A stretch of DNA of 64,000 nt from Candidatus Multivorans sp. (lineage in GTDB: Bacteria; Acidobacteriota; Thermoanaerobaculia; Multivoradales; Multivoraceae): assembly GCA_965247095.1 (NCBI GenBank), contig OZ251997.1:3840001-3904000 (forward strand), in the 5' to 3' direction. The position numbers and the translations under genes are program-made. The notes under the pieces are model-generated. The model ran no database searches, was not told where the DNA came from, and saw nothing but the letters and a program-made list of their open reading frames with translations. Below, piece by piece: positions 9,905 through 19,800 of this stretch (position 1 is the first letter of the stretch; every line of letters starts with the position of its first letter).

Positions 9905-10341
9905 GAAACACCTCCATCACGAGATGTTGCGACGACCAGTTGAATCCACCCAGTACACTTCACTGACGTTCGGGAACCGCTGCCGCGATGCCGGCATCGC
10001 ACTCTCGATGGGTTCCGTCGGAGATTGCTACGACAACGCCATGGCCGAGAGCTTCTTCGCCAGCCTCGAGTGCGAGCTGCTCGACCAGACAACGTTCCGA
10101 AATCACGCCGAAGCGAAGGCGGAACTCTTTCGCTACATCGAGGGCTGGTACAATACCCATCGTCGCCATTCCGCGATCGGACAACGCTCACCCGTCAACT
10201 TCGAAGAGGCGTACCGAGAGGCCGCCTGATTCCCTAAACACAAACTGTCCACGAAACCGGGGCAACTCCAGTTTGACCAACCAGGGGAGTACACGTTGGC
10301 CCAGCGGCCATACTGTCCAACGAACCTGGATCACCCACTCT

Positions 10342-10372
10342 ATGTAGTGAGCCACTAACTGAGCCACTACAT
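10342..10372. promoter_or_regulatory. Operator-like site: direct repeat TGAGCCACTA x2 framed by the 8-bp inverted repeat ATGTAGTG/CACTACAT
   Basis: Read directly; would abut the -35 box at 11924 if the ISNCY-like element is removed. Confidence 0.45.
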
Positions 10373-10376
10373 CACC

Positions 10377-11918
10377 AGCGTAGTCCCATACAGAGATGAG
10401 CCTGAAGGGGGGTCCTCCGGGAGTTGCGCCGAGAGAGTGGGGCGGGGCGGGTTTCAGGGCTGCTGATCGAAGCGAAGCAGAGATCAGCACCAGGGACCAG
10501 CGGTAGCGCGGGAACCGCGAGCCGCAGTCGAGATGCACTGAAGGGCGAGACGGGGAGGTTGGGCTGTCCGCTCATGCGACAGTTGCCTCGCGGCGTCGGA
10601 TTTCGGCGAAGAGTGCGATGAGGGCCTCCTTGACGGCGCTCGCGGCGGCGAGGTCGTCGAGTGCCAGAGCCTGCTGGTCGAGCTGCTCGAAGGTGACGCC
10701 GGGTCGCAGGCAGAGGGCGGCGCCGTCGAGCGACTTGAGCTTGAGGTAGGGCGTGGTGACCTTGTCGAAGGGATAGGTCTTGCGGATGCGTCCCTTCGCG
10801 TCGGTGGTCTCGACGGGGAAGTGGCAGGGCCGGTGGTAGTTGAGGAACGGAGCGAGCACGTCGCGCAGGAAGTCCTTGACGAGGGCGGCATGCCGCCGGG
10901 GAATGTGGTCGTAGCCGAGGTAGCGCCGCACCACCGAGGCGTTCTTGCTCTCGACCAGGGCGTTGTCGTTGCTGCGCCTCGGGCGGGACTTGGTGAACTC
11001 CTCGATGTGCAGCTTGCGCAGCAGCGCGGCCACCCGGTGGTTGATGTACTCGGAGCCGTTGTCGGCGTGGAAGCCCCGGATGATGAACGGGAAAGCCTCG
11101 ATCGATCCTTCCAGGGCCGGAACCAGGAAACGCTCCGAAATGCCTTCTACAGCGGCCACGAACTCGTACTGCGTGACCTCGTCCACGAGATTGATCTCGT
11201 ACAGACCCTTCTCCCCGTCCAGGTCGCCCTGATGGACCGAATCCACTCGCAGAAAGCCCGGCCGACCCGCGGGATGAGGCTTGCGACGCTCTCCGATCTG
11301 TACCTTCGTCGACCGCGTCCTGACCACCACAAGGCGCCGCCGCCGGTACGTGGTCGACTCGCGAAGCCGGTACAGATGGCTGTTCGAGAGACCCGCCAGA
11401 CGCTCGAACCGCACATCCCCGAACACCGCGTACTGGCGCTGCATCATGCGCCGGGTCACCGCGCCGCACAGACCGCCCAGGGTCTCGTCCACCTCGGCCA
11501 GCAGGCCGATGTCCGCCTTCGTGTAGCGCCGGGGAAACGGACGCTTCGGACCCCGGCGCCGGTCCTCGATGCGCCCCGTCTCCCGGTACTGGAAGATCAA
11601 CCGCGCGATCTGCGCCCGACTGAACCCCGTCACCTTGATCAGAAAGCGCCGCACCAGCCCCTTGTCCGGCCTCGACAGCCGAACGTAGCGCGAACGCACC
11701 AGAACCCGCCGCACGAAACCGTACGCATCGGCACGCTTCACGAAGCGGAAGTCGACCGGCGCGCTGCCGGCCATGAAGTCGCGGACCTCGTCCAGGGTCC
11801 GCAGCCGTTCGATATCGAGTCGCAAGATCATCCTCCAATGATCCCCAACCCACTCTCAGGCTCATCTCTCGTGGGATTGACATGACTCCTTCAGGCTCAT
11901 CTGTCATGGGACAAGGCT
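10377..11918 (-). mobile_element. ISNCY-like (rve integrase) insertion sequence
   Basis: Terminal IRs AGCGTAGTCCCATACAGAGATGAGCCTGAAGG and (reverse complement) AGCCTTGTCCCATGACAGATGAGCCTGAAGG; extra internal copy at ~11856-11878; TCACC duplicated at 10372-10376 and 11919-11923. Confidence 0.85.
10572..11831 (-). CDS. Integrase-core (DDE) transposase
   Basis: RVDSVHQGD, FHADNGSEYIN, SRPRRSNDNALVESKN. Confidence 0.9.
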   Translation of the reverse strand: MILRLDIERLRTLDEVRDFMAGSAPVDFRFVKRADAYGFVRRVLVRSRYVRLSRPDKGLVRRFLIKVTGFSRAQIARLIFQYRETGRIEDRRRGPKRPFPRRYTKADIGLLAEVDETLGGLCGAVTRRMMQRQYAVFGDVRFERLAGLSNSHLYRLRESTTYRRRRLVVVRTRSTKVQIGERRKPHPAGRPGFLRVDSVHQGDLDGEKGLYEINLVDEVTQYEFVAAVEGISERFLVPALEGSIEAFPFIIRGFHADNGSEYINHRVAALLRKLHIEEFTKSRPRRSNDNALVESKNASVVRRYLGYDHIPRRHAALVKDFLRDVLAPFLNYHRPCHFPVETTDAKGRIRKTYPFDKVTTPYLKLKSLDGAALCLRPGVTFEQLDQQALALDDLAAASAVKEALIALFAEIRRREATVA

Positions 11919-11923
11919 TCACC

Positions 11924-11951
11924 TTGACACCGTTTTCTGGCATGCTATACT
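11924..11951 (+). promoter_or_regulatory. Strong sigma70-type promoter
   Basis: TTGACA-N16-TATACT with extended -10 TG, 47 nt upstream of ATG 11999. Confidence 0.75.
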
Positions 11952-11963
11952 AACCCGCATACC

Positions 11964-11997
11964 CAACCGGAGGCCCTCCACAACCGGAGGCCCTCCA
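11964..11997 (+). repeat. 17-bp tandem duplication CAACCGGAGGCCCTCCA x2 containing the RBS
   Basis: Exact repeat at 11964-11980 and 11981-11997. Confidence 0.85.
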
Positions 11998-11998
11998 C

Positions 11999-12595
11999 AT
12001 GAAGAAAGACAGTTGGTACCGTGTCCCGCTCCTAAGTGGGCTGTTCTTTGCCCTGCTCATCGTTGGAATGCCGGGAGTGCCTACCGCAACACCGGCTGTG
12101 GCCGAAGAAGTCAAGTGCCCGGCACCCTGCAACTACATTACGGTGATAGGAGCCTTTGTTCCCGTTCACAAGATTCTGATAACATATTCACAGCTCTTGT
12201 CGGCCCTGCCCGGCAGTACTAGATCGATTCTGAGTGACCCGCTTGGCAATCTGATGGGTGGCTTCACCGGGCCAAATATGATTAACCCGGATTTGTCACA
12301 TCTGCAAATGATATCGCCAAAGGTCATCTGGAAGGCTAGCGGCGGCACGCCGGCGAGTTTTTGTCGTCGTCTGGAGGCGTACGACAAGAGCGGCAAGAAG
12401 AACCTGGCGCTAGTTGGGCTGCTTGCGGCCACCGCGCTGTTTGGTCTGGCTCTAACACTCGACCAGGCGGACAAAATGAAGTTGACACCGCAAGATAAGA
12501 AGACTATAAAAATAGCATTAGGCCTAATTGGGTCAAGTGCAGCTGGCTACGCCACACTAAGAGCGGCCTGTAAGCAAATGGGTCACGGATGGTAG
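11999..12595 (+). CDS. Secreted hypothetical protein with a C-terminal hydrophobic helical hairpin (bacteriocin/pore-former-like)
   Basis: Signal peptide ending PAVA; four Cys; two hydrophobic segments flanked by Lys; lower GC; promoter and RBS present. Confidence 0.65.
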   Translation: MKKDSWYRVPLLSGLFFALLIVGMPGVPTATPAVAEEVKCPAPCNYITVIGAFVPVHKILITYSQLLSALPGSTRSILSDPLGNLMGGFTGPNMINPDLSHLQMISPKVIWKASGGTPASFCRRLEAYDKSGKKNLALVGLLAATALFGLALTLDQADKMKLTPQDKKTIKIALGLIGSSAAGYATLRAACKQMGHGW

Positions 12596-12786
12596 AGGAT
12601 GGTTTAGGCGCGCCACGGATGTCAGTATGGCCTGGCGTCTCGGCGGTGGCGTTTGTCTTCGCGGCAATGATCTTCCTAATAGAAGTATTTCCTTCCTTGT
12701 ACGTGGCCGTAGGTGGCGGCATGTTAATGGCTGTCGCCCCGTTCATTGTGTCGTTCATTCGGCGTCGACGGTCAAAGCGGGACTGA
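12589..12786 (+). CDS. Small membrane protein (immunity-like); frame stays open past the TGA to 12909
   Basis: Two TM segments plus RRRRSKR; overlaps the upstream stop. Confidence 0.55.
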   Translation: MVEDGLGAPRMSVWPGVSAVAFVFAAMIFLIEVFPSLYVAVGGGMLMAVAPFIVSFIRRRRSKRD

Positions 12787-12912
12787 GGAACAGGCTGTGA
12801 CGGAGTCGGAGTCGGTGACTTGGCCAACATATTGGTGTTGCTTTTCATCGACCTCCTCGCCGTGTGGAAGGCAACCGAGGCTTCTTTGGATTTGTTGTTC
12901 TTGAGCTAGCAA

Positions 12913-15258
12913 ATGGCAGAGCGACGCAATGATCATCTCAGGCCGTGCTCGCTGGCCGGAGAACATGAAGAAAGTCGCGGGTTCGTCGGGACGACGTTGT
13001 TGGTCCTGGTCCTGAGCTTGGCGTTAGGGTCTAAGTCCGGACTCGATGCCCAAGGGATGGGTCGCGTCGAGTTGTCAGTTCAGGTGAGTGCGTCCGTTGC
13101 AGGGGCAGACGCGCCCCCCAGGGAGGTGGTACTTGAGGTGGCCGATCCGGCCACGCGAGAAATACTGGCTTCCTACGTTATCGAGGCGACGATCGGTGAG
13201 GATCAGTTTGCGATAGACGTGTCTGCTCTGGAGTCGCGGTCCGGCTGGCTTGTGTTGGCGCGAGCGCCAGGCTGGTGGAGCCCCGCGGTGCACGTTGCGG
13301 TTGACGCGCGCGAGGCGGCGTTGACGCTAGTCCGCGAGGGCGTGGTCCGGTTTGCGTTGGACGGTGCCGGGGCCGACCTTCGGGCGGAGGACATTTGGAT
13401 CGTAGGTAGGATTCACAATAGGAACAGACGTCGGGCTGGCGCGATGTACGAGGGGATATACAGCGGGCCTTGCGAGAGCGATCTTGATTCAAACAGGCGC
13501 GAGATTCGGATAGCCTGTCCGTTCGCCCGCGATGAGGTTGCCGATCTTCGGATCAGCATGGGCCCTTTCCTGCCCTTGACGCGTTCGGATGTGCCAATCG
13601 CTGCGGACACCGACCTTGGCATCGTCGAAGCGGTCAGAGGGGCAAGCATAAGCGCTCGCTTGGCTTCGGGCGAAGCTCTGGGGCAGGAGTTCGCTTTGCT
13701 CCCCGACGCTTCCCTGGCGCTACCGTGGTCTGGGTGGAGCGATGCCGGAGGTTTCTTCAAGTTCGAAGGGCTGAACCGCGGAAGCTACGAACTGCGTCTG
13801 GCGGGTTCCCGGGACGACAGGTGGCCAGTGCGCATCCGGTCGTTGGCCGACATCGTCTACCTTGGTGAGCTCGTATCGCCGGCAGGCAGCCTGCTGACGG
13901 TCTCGTTAAGATTGCCCTTAGTCGAGCTTGACGGCCTGATACCCATGGTTCGGCCGGTCGCGTTGAGCACGACCGGCGCGGTCGAATGGCATGGTGCGAA
14001 GGCCGGGCCGCAGGAGGTGCGACCGGTGGGCTCGTTCATTTGGCGGGGTCTGCGCTCGGGCGACTATGAACTTCTGGTCGAGGACGATCGAGGCAACCGT
14101 TGGTACCGAGAGTTGATTGAACTCACCGGCAGCGACCACGTCGACGTCGCACTTCAGGCCGTGCCGCTTCGCGGCCGCATCGAGCGCGGTTCGGAACCTC
14201 TAGACGACGTCATCGTCTGGTTTGGTGCGTTGTGGGGTACGGAACGGATCGCATTCGCCGCCGACGACAACGGCCGGTTCGGCGGTCTGCTCCCACGGGA
14301 GGGTTATTGGAGCGTCGTAGTAACGCCGAGCCTCGCTTGCGATCCATGCGATAATGGATGGTACGAGGATACTTGGCACAACCTTGGTAGGCGCGAAGCG
14401 AGCGAGGCCGGTATCATAGAAGTCCGAGAATCCTCCGACGGCATTGCGCGCGTGACGATCAGGTTGCCAAGCAGCGGAGTCTCCGGTCGGGTTGTAAGTG
14501 TGAACTTGGCGGGCGGAACGTCTTCGCCGGCGGAGGGCGTTCGTGTCTGGGTAAAGGCCGTGCACAAGGAATCGGAACCCACCGCAACCCTAGTGTCGCC
14601 GACCTCTTGGCTGAGGGAAACTGCGAAACGAGGGACTCTTGAGGTAAGCGGCCTGCCGGCTGGCGGGTACGAGATCCATGCCGAGGCGCGGATTGGCGAG
14701 CGCGTACTCCGGTCGGCGACACAGCAGCTTCAGGTCGCCGAGCACGAGTGGATCGAAGATCTGGAACTGCGACTGGAGAACCGACGGGCACTACGTGTCG
14801 TAGTCCGTGCAGGCACATTTCCGGTTGGCAGTGCTTGGACCATTGCCAACCCGACGACCACTCCCTCCGAGGTCTCGATCGTGAAGACGCGTAGCGACGG
14901 AGGTGCCAAGCACTGGTTGCCGATGTCGACGCAGCGAGTCGACGTGGTGATTCTGGCGGATGGTCTCGGAAGCGTTGGCAGGCGTTTCGAACTGCCGGAG
15001 CACGGACCCATTGAAGTCGAACTCCGTGAAGCGCGCGGTGACTTGCGAATTCCGTTGGGGAAGATCGGCGCAGTCGTTACTCCTGGAGGTGTCGCGATTC
15101 CGATGACGACATTCCTTTCCTTCGGGCAGGTCCGCCGCGACGGTTTTGCCTGGATTGTAGACGGCCTCGCACCCGGTAGCTACCTGTTCTGCCCGGTATC
15201 TGGAGCCTGCAAGACTGCCGAGGTCGTGCCCTGGGCGGAGAGCAGAGTCGCGGAGTGA
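12913..15258 (+). CDS. Large exported beta-rich protein with carboxypeptidase-regulatory-like repeats
   Basis: N-terminal hydrophobic segment; repeated G.F.F.GL..G.YEL / GLPAGGYEI / GLAPGSY motifs. Confidence 0.65.
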   Translation: MAERRNDHLRPCSLAGEHEESRGFVGTTLLVLVLSLALGSKSGLDAQGMGRVELSVQVSASVAGADAPPREVVLEVADPATREILASYVIEATIGEDQFAIDVSALESRSGWLVLARAPGWWSPAVHVAVDAREAALTLVREGVVRFALDGAGADLRAEDIWIVGRIHNRNRRRAGAMYEGIYSGPCESDLDSNRREIRIACPFARDEVADLRISMGPFLPLTRSDVPIAADTDLGIVEAVRGASISARLASGEALGQEFALLPDASLALPWSGWSDAGGFFKFEGLNRGSYELRLAGSRDDRWPVRIRSLADIVYLGELVSPAGSLLTVSLRLPLVELDGLIPMVRPVALSTTGAVEWHGAKAGPQEVRPVGSFIWRGLRSGDYELLVEDDRGNRWYRELIELTGSDHVDVALQAVPLRGRIERGSEPLDDVIVWFGALWGTERIAFAADDNGRFGGLLPREGYWSVVVTPSLACDPCDNGWYEDTWHNLGRREASEAGIIEVRESSDGIARVTIRLPSSGVSGRVVSVNLAGGTSSPAEGVRVWVKAVHKESEPTATLVSPTSWLRETAKRGTLEVSGLPAGGYEIHAEARIGERVLRSATQQLQVAEHEWIEDLELRLENRRALRVVVRAGTFPVGSAWTIANPTTTPSEVSIVKTRSDGGAKHWLPMSTQRVDVVILADGLGSVGRRFELPEHGPIEVELREARGDLRIPLGKIGAVVTPGGVAIPMTTFLSFGQVRRDGFAWIVDGLAPGSYLFCPVSGACKTAEVVPWAESRVAE

Positions 15259-15334
15259 TGCAAGGGGGATCGGCATTGCCGGCGCGGTGGTTCCCAGGAC
15301 GCGGCGGGAGTCCGCTTGGGCCTGCTCTTCCGAC

Positions 15335-16789
15335 TCAGGCGAACGACCGCCCCCCGATCACGGCCCAGATGATCCACAGGATCGCGATCGGGCAGACGTA
15401 CCGGAGCAGCACGCGCCAGATGGGATACCACCGGCTGACTTCGCCGTGGCCCTGGGCGAGTTCCTCTCGTGACGCGCGGCCGGTCAGGAACCAGCCGATG
15501 AAGAGGGCTGTCATCAGGCCGCCGAGGGGCAGGATCCAGTTCGACACGGTGTAGTCCATCGTGGCGAAGAAGCCTTCGGTGCGTTCGCCGAACGGCGCGA
15601 AGGAGGAGAGGGCGCCGCTGGCGCCGAGCGAGAGGGCGGAGGGGATGCCGAAGGCGAAGATGGCGCCGCCGGTGACGAGGCAGGCGTTGCGCCGGCTGAA
15701 ACCGCGACGGTCGATCAGGTAGGAGGCGACCGTCTCGAGCAGGGAGATGGTCGAGGTGAGGGCGGCGAAGGCGACCAGCATGTAGAACAGCGGCGCCAGG
15801 ACCACGCCCAGGGGCATCTCGTAGAACATGCGCGGCAGGGTGGTGAACAGGATCGTGGCGCTCTTGCCGAAGGTGGTCGCCCGCTCGGCGGCGTCGACGC
15901 TGAAGATGATCGAGAACATGATGATGCACGCCATGATCGCGATCAGGGTGTCGAGCAGGCTGATCGCGACGGCGCTCTTTGCAATCGACTGCCGCGACGT
16001 CATGTAGGAGCCGTAGGTGAGCATCGCGCCCATGCCGACCGAGAGGGTGAAGAACGCGTGGCCCACCGCCTCGAGCAGTCCGTCGGCGGTGATCGGGCCG
16101 ACATGGAAGAGGAAGCGGATCGCCTCGCCGAAGCCGGGGCTCCAGAACGAGTTGACGACGAGCAGGAGCAGGATCGCTCCGAGCACCGGCATCAGGATCT
16201 TGGTGACGCGCTCGATGCCTTCGCGAACGCCCAAGGTGACGACGCCGACGGTGACGACCATGAACAGGGCGTGGAAACCGATCTGGAGCGGTCCGTTGGC
16301 CAGGAAGCCGCTGAAAGCCTCTCCCAGCGCCTGACCCTCCTTATCGAAGCCCCGGACCGACCAGCTCAGGCACTGGCCGAAGTAGTAGACGGTCCAGCCG
16401 GCGATCAGCGCGTAGTAGGAGAGCAGGATGAAGCTGCCGGTGACGCCGAGGGCCCCGACCGCGCCCCATGCACGGCCTCCCAACGTGTTCTTCGCAGCCT
16501 TGATGAAGGCGCCGACCGGACTCTGCCGTGTACGCCGCCCGATCACGAGTTCGGCCATCATGATCGGCAGGCCGATCAGGGCGATCGCGACCAGGTAGAC
16601 GAGGACGAAGGAGCCGCCGTCGTTGGCGTAGGTGATGTACGGGAACTTCCAGATGTTGCCGAGCCCGATCGCGGAGCCGACGGCGGCGAAGATGAACCCG
16701 AGTTGACCGAACCTGCCGCGTCCGTTGGTGCCGTTTGCCACGCTAGTTCCCTCCCCTGGGCGCCGTCTCTTGGTGGCGGCGGTGGGCAT
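15335..16789 (-). CDS. Sodium-dependent transporter (NSS/SNF family); start may be GTG at 16741
   Basis: GSAIGLGNIWKFPY...GGSF, AFFTLSVGMGAMLTYGSY, FAALTSTISLLE. Confidence 0.93.
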   Translation of the reverse strand: MPTAATKRRRPGEGTSVANGTNGRGRFGQLGFIFAAVGSAIGLGNIWKFPYITYANDGGSFVLVYLVAIALIGLPIMMAELVIGRRTRQSPVGAFIKAAKNTLGGRAWGAVGALGVTGSFILLSYYALIAGWTVYYFGQCLSWSVRGFDKEGQALGEAFSGFLANGPLQIGFHALFMVVTVGVVTLGVREGIERVTKILMPVLGAILLLLVVNSFWSPGFGEAIRFLFHVGPITADGLLEAVGHAFFTLSVGMGAMLTYGSYMTSRQSIAKSAVAISLLDTLIAIMACIIMFSIIFSVDAAERATTFGKSATILFTTLPRMFYEMPLGVVLAPLFYMLVAFAALTSTISLLETVASYLIDRRGFSRRNACLVTGGAIFAFGIPSALSLGASGALSSFAPFGERTEGFFATMDYTVSNWILPLGGLMTALFIGWFLTGRASREELAQGHGEVSRWYPIWRVLLRYVCPIAILWIIWAVIGGRSFA

Positions 16790-16828
16790 GACCGCCCTGC
16801 CTGCCGCCGGATAGCGTAGCGGAGTCCG

Positions 16829-19800
16829 CTACGGCCGGGCCGAAACGGCGCGACCGAAAGCCGTCGCCCCTTGGAAGGGCGACTCCGGCCCGACGACCCG
16901 CGTCAGCCAGCGCTCGCGGTAGGCGTCGAGTTCGGGCGTCCGCGGATAGCTCTCGCCGGGTGCTGTGGGATACCCGGACATCGCCTGGAAGGGCAGCGGC
17001 AGGTTGCTGTCCGCCTTCCAGGTGTTGCGGTCGGCGTCCTTGTCCCAGCCGAAACTCTCCAGGAAGACGGTGCGGGTATAGCCGGGCTTGGGGGGCTTAA
17101 GGCCGCGGGCGTCGAAGCGCAGGCGGATCTCGTCGCCGGGGCCGATCACGACCTGGCGGTCGTCGACGGCGGTCAGGAGTTCGCGGACGTCGCCGAAGCG
17201 CGTGTAGCGGCCGGGGAAGGGCAGCCACGGGGACTCGGTGCTCGTGCGCTGGTAGTCGAACAGGTGCGGACCGTTGGGGGCAGGCCTGGTCTGGGTCGAG
17301 AACCCGCGGTAGGCCAGTTCGGCCGTGGCCGTGTCGAGACGGGCCTGGACGACGACGTCGGCGCCGCCTGTTCCGCCCATGTCCGTGCTCCAGGCGACCT
17401 TGTCCCAGTGCAGCCAACGGGTGGTGACGATCCGCAGTCTGGTGGCGCCCGTGGGCAGCGGCGGCGTGTCGACGATCATCGTCTTCGTCTTGCCGGGGGG
17501 GAAACCCATCGGGTCGAGCAGCGGCCGCCAGCCGTCCGCGGTCTCGACCTCGAGCCGGGTCATGACCATCTGCAGGTCGCCGTGCTCCACCGCCTGGGCG
17601 ATCGCGAGATTCAGGCTCGCGTCGGCCGGGAACACCCAGCCGTCGAGCCACAACCGGACCGGCTTCCCCGGCGCTTCGCCGAGGTCGAAGGTGAAGGCCC
17701 AGGGCTCGGCGGCGTGGCCCTGGTAGCGCGAGCGCTCGTAGCCGTCGGCGTAGACCTCGTCCCGGGCCCGGACCCGCCCGGTCACGTCGCGGCCGCGGCC
17801 ATCGGTGGCGTGGACTACCGGGCGGATTCCGGCGCTGGCCACCACTGCGTCGGGCGGGCGGTCGACGTGCCCCTGGCCCGGCACGATCCTCAGGTTGCTG
17901 GCGACCGACACGTCGTCGCGGTGATCGACCACCCAGAGCCGCGCGCGGTCGAAGTAGGCGGCCTCCCACAACTCCTCGGTGATCCGCAGGTCGTAGAAGC
18001 CGTCGCGCGGGGCGGCGCCGTCGACCCGGACCAGCTCGTCGGGGTCGTAGCCGTTCCAGACCCCGTCCGCGAGGGGCATGCCCAGCGGGGCGCCCCACAG
18101 CAGGTCGGTGACGAAGGTGATCTTGTCGCCGTCCCAGGTGTAGAGGAACGGGCAACTGCCCTTGAGCACCTGCTCTTCGACGATGGTCTGGTTTCGGCCC
18201 GGCGCCAGGCGGTTCTGCGGCACGCCGTTGGCCCAGACGACGCGGATCAGATCGGCCTGCCTGCGGTTGCCGAGGCCGATGTGGGTGACCTCGCGGTCGA
18301 CCTCGAAGTACTGGTACGCCCGGCCCGACCTGACCTCGATCGTCGTGCCGCGGCCGAAGACGTTGTTCTTCTGGCTCGCCACGTCGAGACCGACCAGGCG
18401 GACGCGCAGCCAGTTGTTCTCCGAGCCGTCCAGGTTCTCGATCCGGTAGAGGCCGGTACCGCCCGCGGCGACGAGGTCCTGGTCGCCGTCCTCGTCGAGA
18501 TCAGAGGCTCGGACGGCCACAAACTGAGGGTCGCGGGGCAGGCCGGTGACGCGGGCGAGGCGGAAGTCGAGCGCCTCCGGGCCGGAGTCCGAGGTCTGGG
18601 TGAGCACCCGCAGTTCGCCTTCCGCGACCAGGGCGAGATCGAGCCGGCCATCGTTGTCGGCGTCGAGAACGGCCAGGTCGGTGGCGCCCTCCGGCAGCGC
18701 GGCCGAACCGGGGCTGAGGGGGAAGGGCGCCACCGCCCCGTCCTCATTGCGCTTCAGGATGACCGTCGAATCGCCGGCGAGCAGGAACTCGGGCACCCCG
18801 TCGCGGTCGAGGTCGGCGGTTCGTACGACCCGCACCGGCGCTCCTGTGGTCAAGGCGCTCGCTGCCGGCTCGTCGGCGCTCACGAGGCTGATCAGCCTCC
18901 CGAGCAGACCGCGGCTGGGCGCGGGCGGGGTTCTCTCCGCGAACCGGCCTTGCCGGAGATTGTCCAACCACAGGACGCCCTCGTCGTGCGCGAGCAGCAG
19001 GTCCGTGTCGCCGTCGCGGTCGGCGTCGGTGGCCTGGAGGTGGTGGTACCGGCGCGCCTCGACTTCGGGCAGCGCCTGCCGCCCCAGGGCCTCAAGGGGG
19101 CCCTCGAACACTTTCTCGCCCGACACGTTCCTCAGCAAATCGGGCACGCCGTCCGCTCGGGCCACCGCGAGGTCGAGGTCGCCGTCGCTGTCGAAGTCGA
19201 TCAGGTCGGCCGCGGTTGCGGCCAGCGAGCCAGGCAGGAACCGGTCGCTGGCGTCCCCGAACCGGGGCGTGTCGTCGACCTGCCAGACGGCCAGGGGATC
19301 GCCGACCGAAATCAGGTCGAGCCGTCGGTCGTTGTCGGCGTCGCCGACCACGAGGACCTGGGCGCCGGTCTCGGGGGCGGCGCCCGGTGTGGCGTATCCG
19401 GTTGCCGCCCGCCGCAACTCAAGGCGTGCCCCCGCACCATCCGGGCCGCGGGCGCTCGCCACGCGGGCCATGTCGGGCCGGTCGTCGCCGTCGAAGTCGG
19501 CGACTTCGAGGGCCCGGCCCGAGGTGGGTGCGTTGTCGATCCGGGTGGCCCGGAAGCGGGCGGGACTTGCGGGGCCGAAGTCCTCGCCCGGTTCCTCGTC
19601 TTCGAAGCGCTCGACGGGAATGCCCCGGATGTTCGTGTAGACCTCGGCCAGGCTGCTGTGCCAGCCGGGGGTTTCGAGCAGGACGTTCTTGATCCGGGGA
19701 GCAAAGCGGCGGGCGCGCTCCATGTCGTCGGCCTCCAGCGCGTCGAGGACCTCCCCGAGCACCCGCTCGGCGATCGGCCGGGCCTGCCAGATCAACTCCC

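Larger units (their letters stand above)
8184..9950 (-). mobile_element. IS30-family element
   Basis: Ends CTTGGGTTCAAGGGATCGTCGCAAC and (reverse complement) GGTGGATTCAACTGGTCGTCGCAAC; CAG duplicated at 8181-8183 and 9951-9953. Confidence 0.88.
7611..10229 (+). pseudogene. IS3-family OrfB (DDE integrase) split by IS30 into 7611-8183 and 9954-10229
   Basis: WVADITY...HHSDQGSQ | YTSLTFG...DNAMAESFF...YN; removing 8184-9953 restores HSDQGSQYTS in frame. Confidence 0.9.
7252..10270 (+). mobile_element. IS3-family element interrupted by an IS30-family element
   Basis: IRL TGAGCTTGACCCGTTTTGGTGGACA; IRR (reverse complement) TGGAGTTGCCCCGGTTTCGTGGACA; GTT duplicated at 7249-7251 and 10271-10273. 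Confidence 0.9.
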
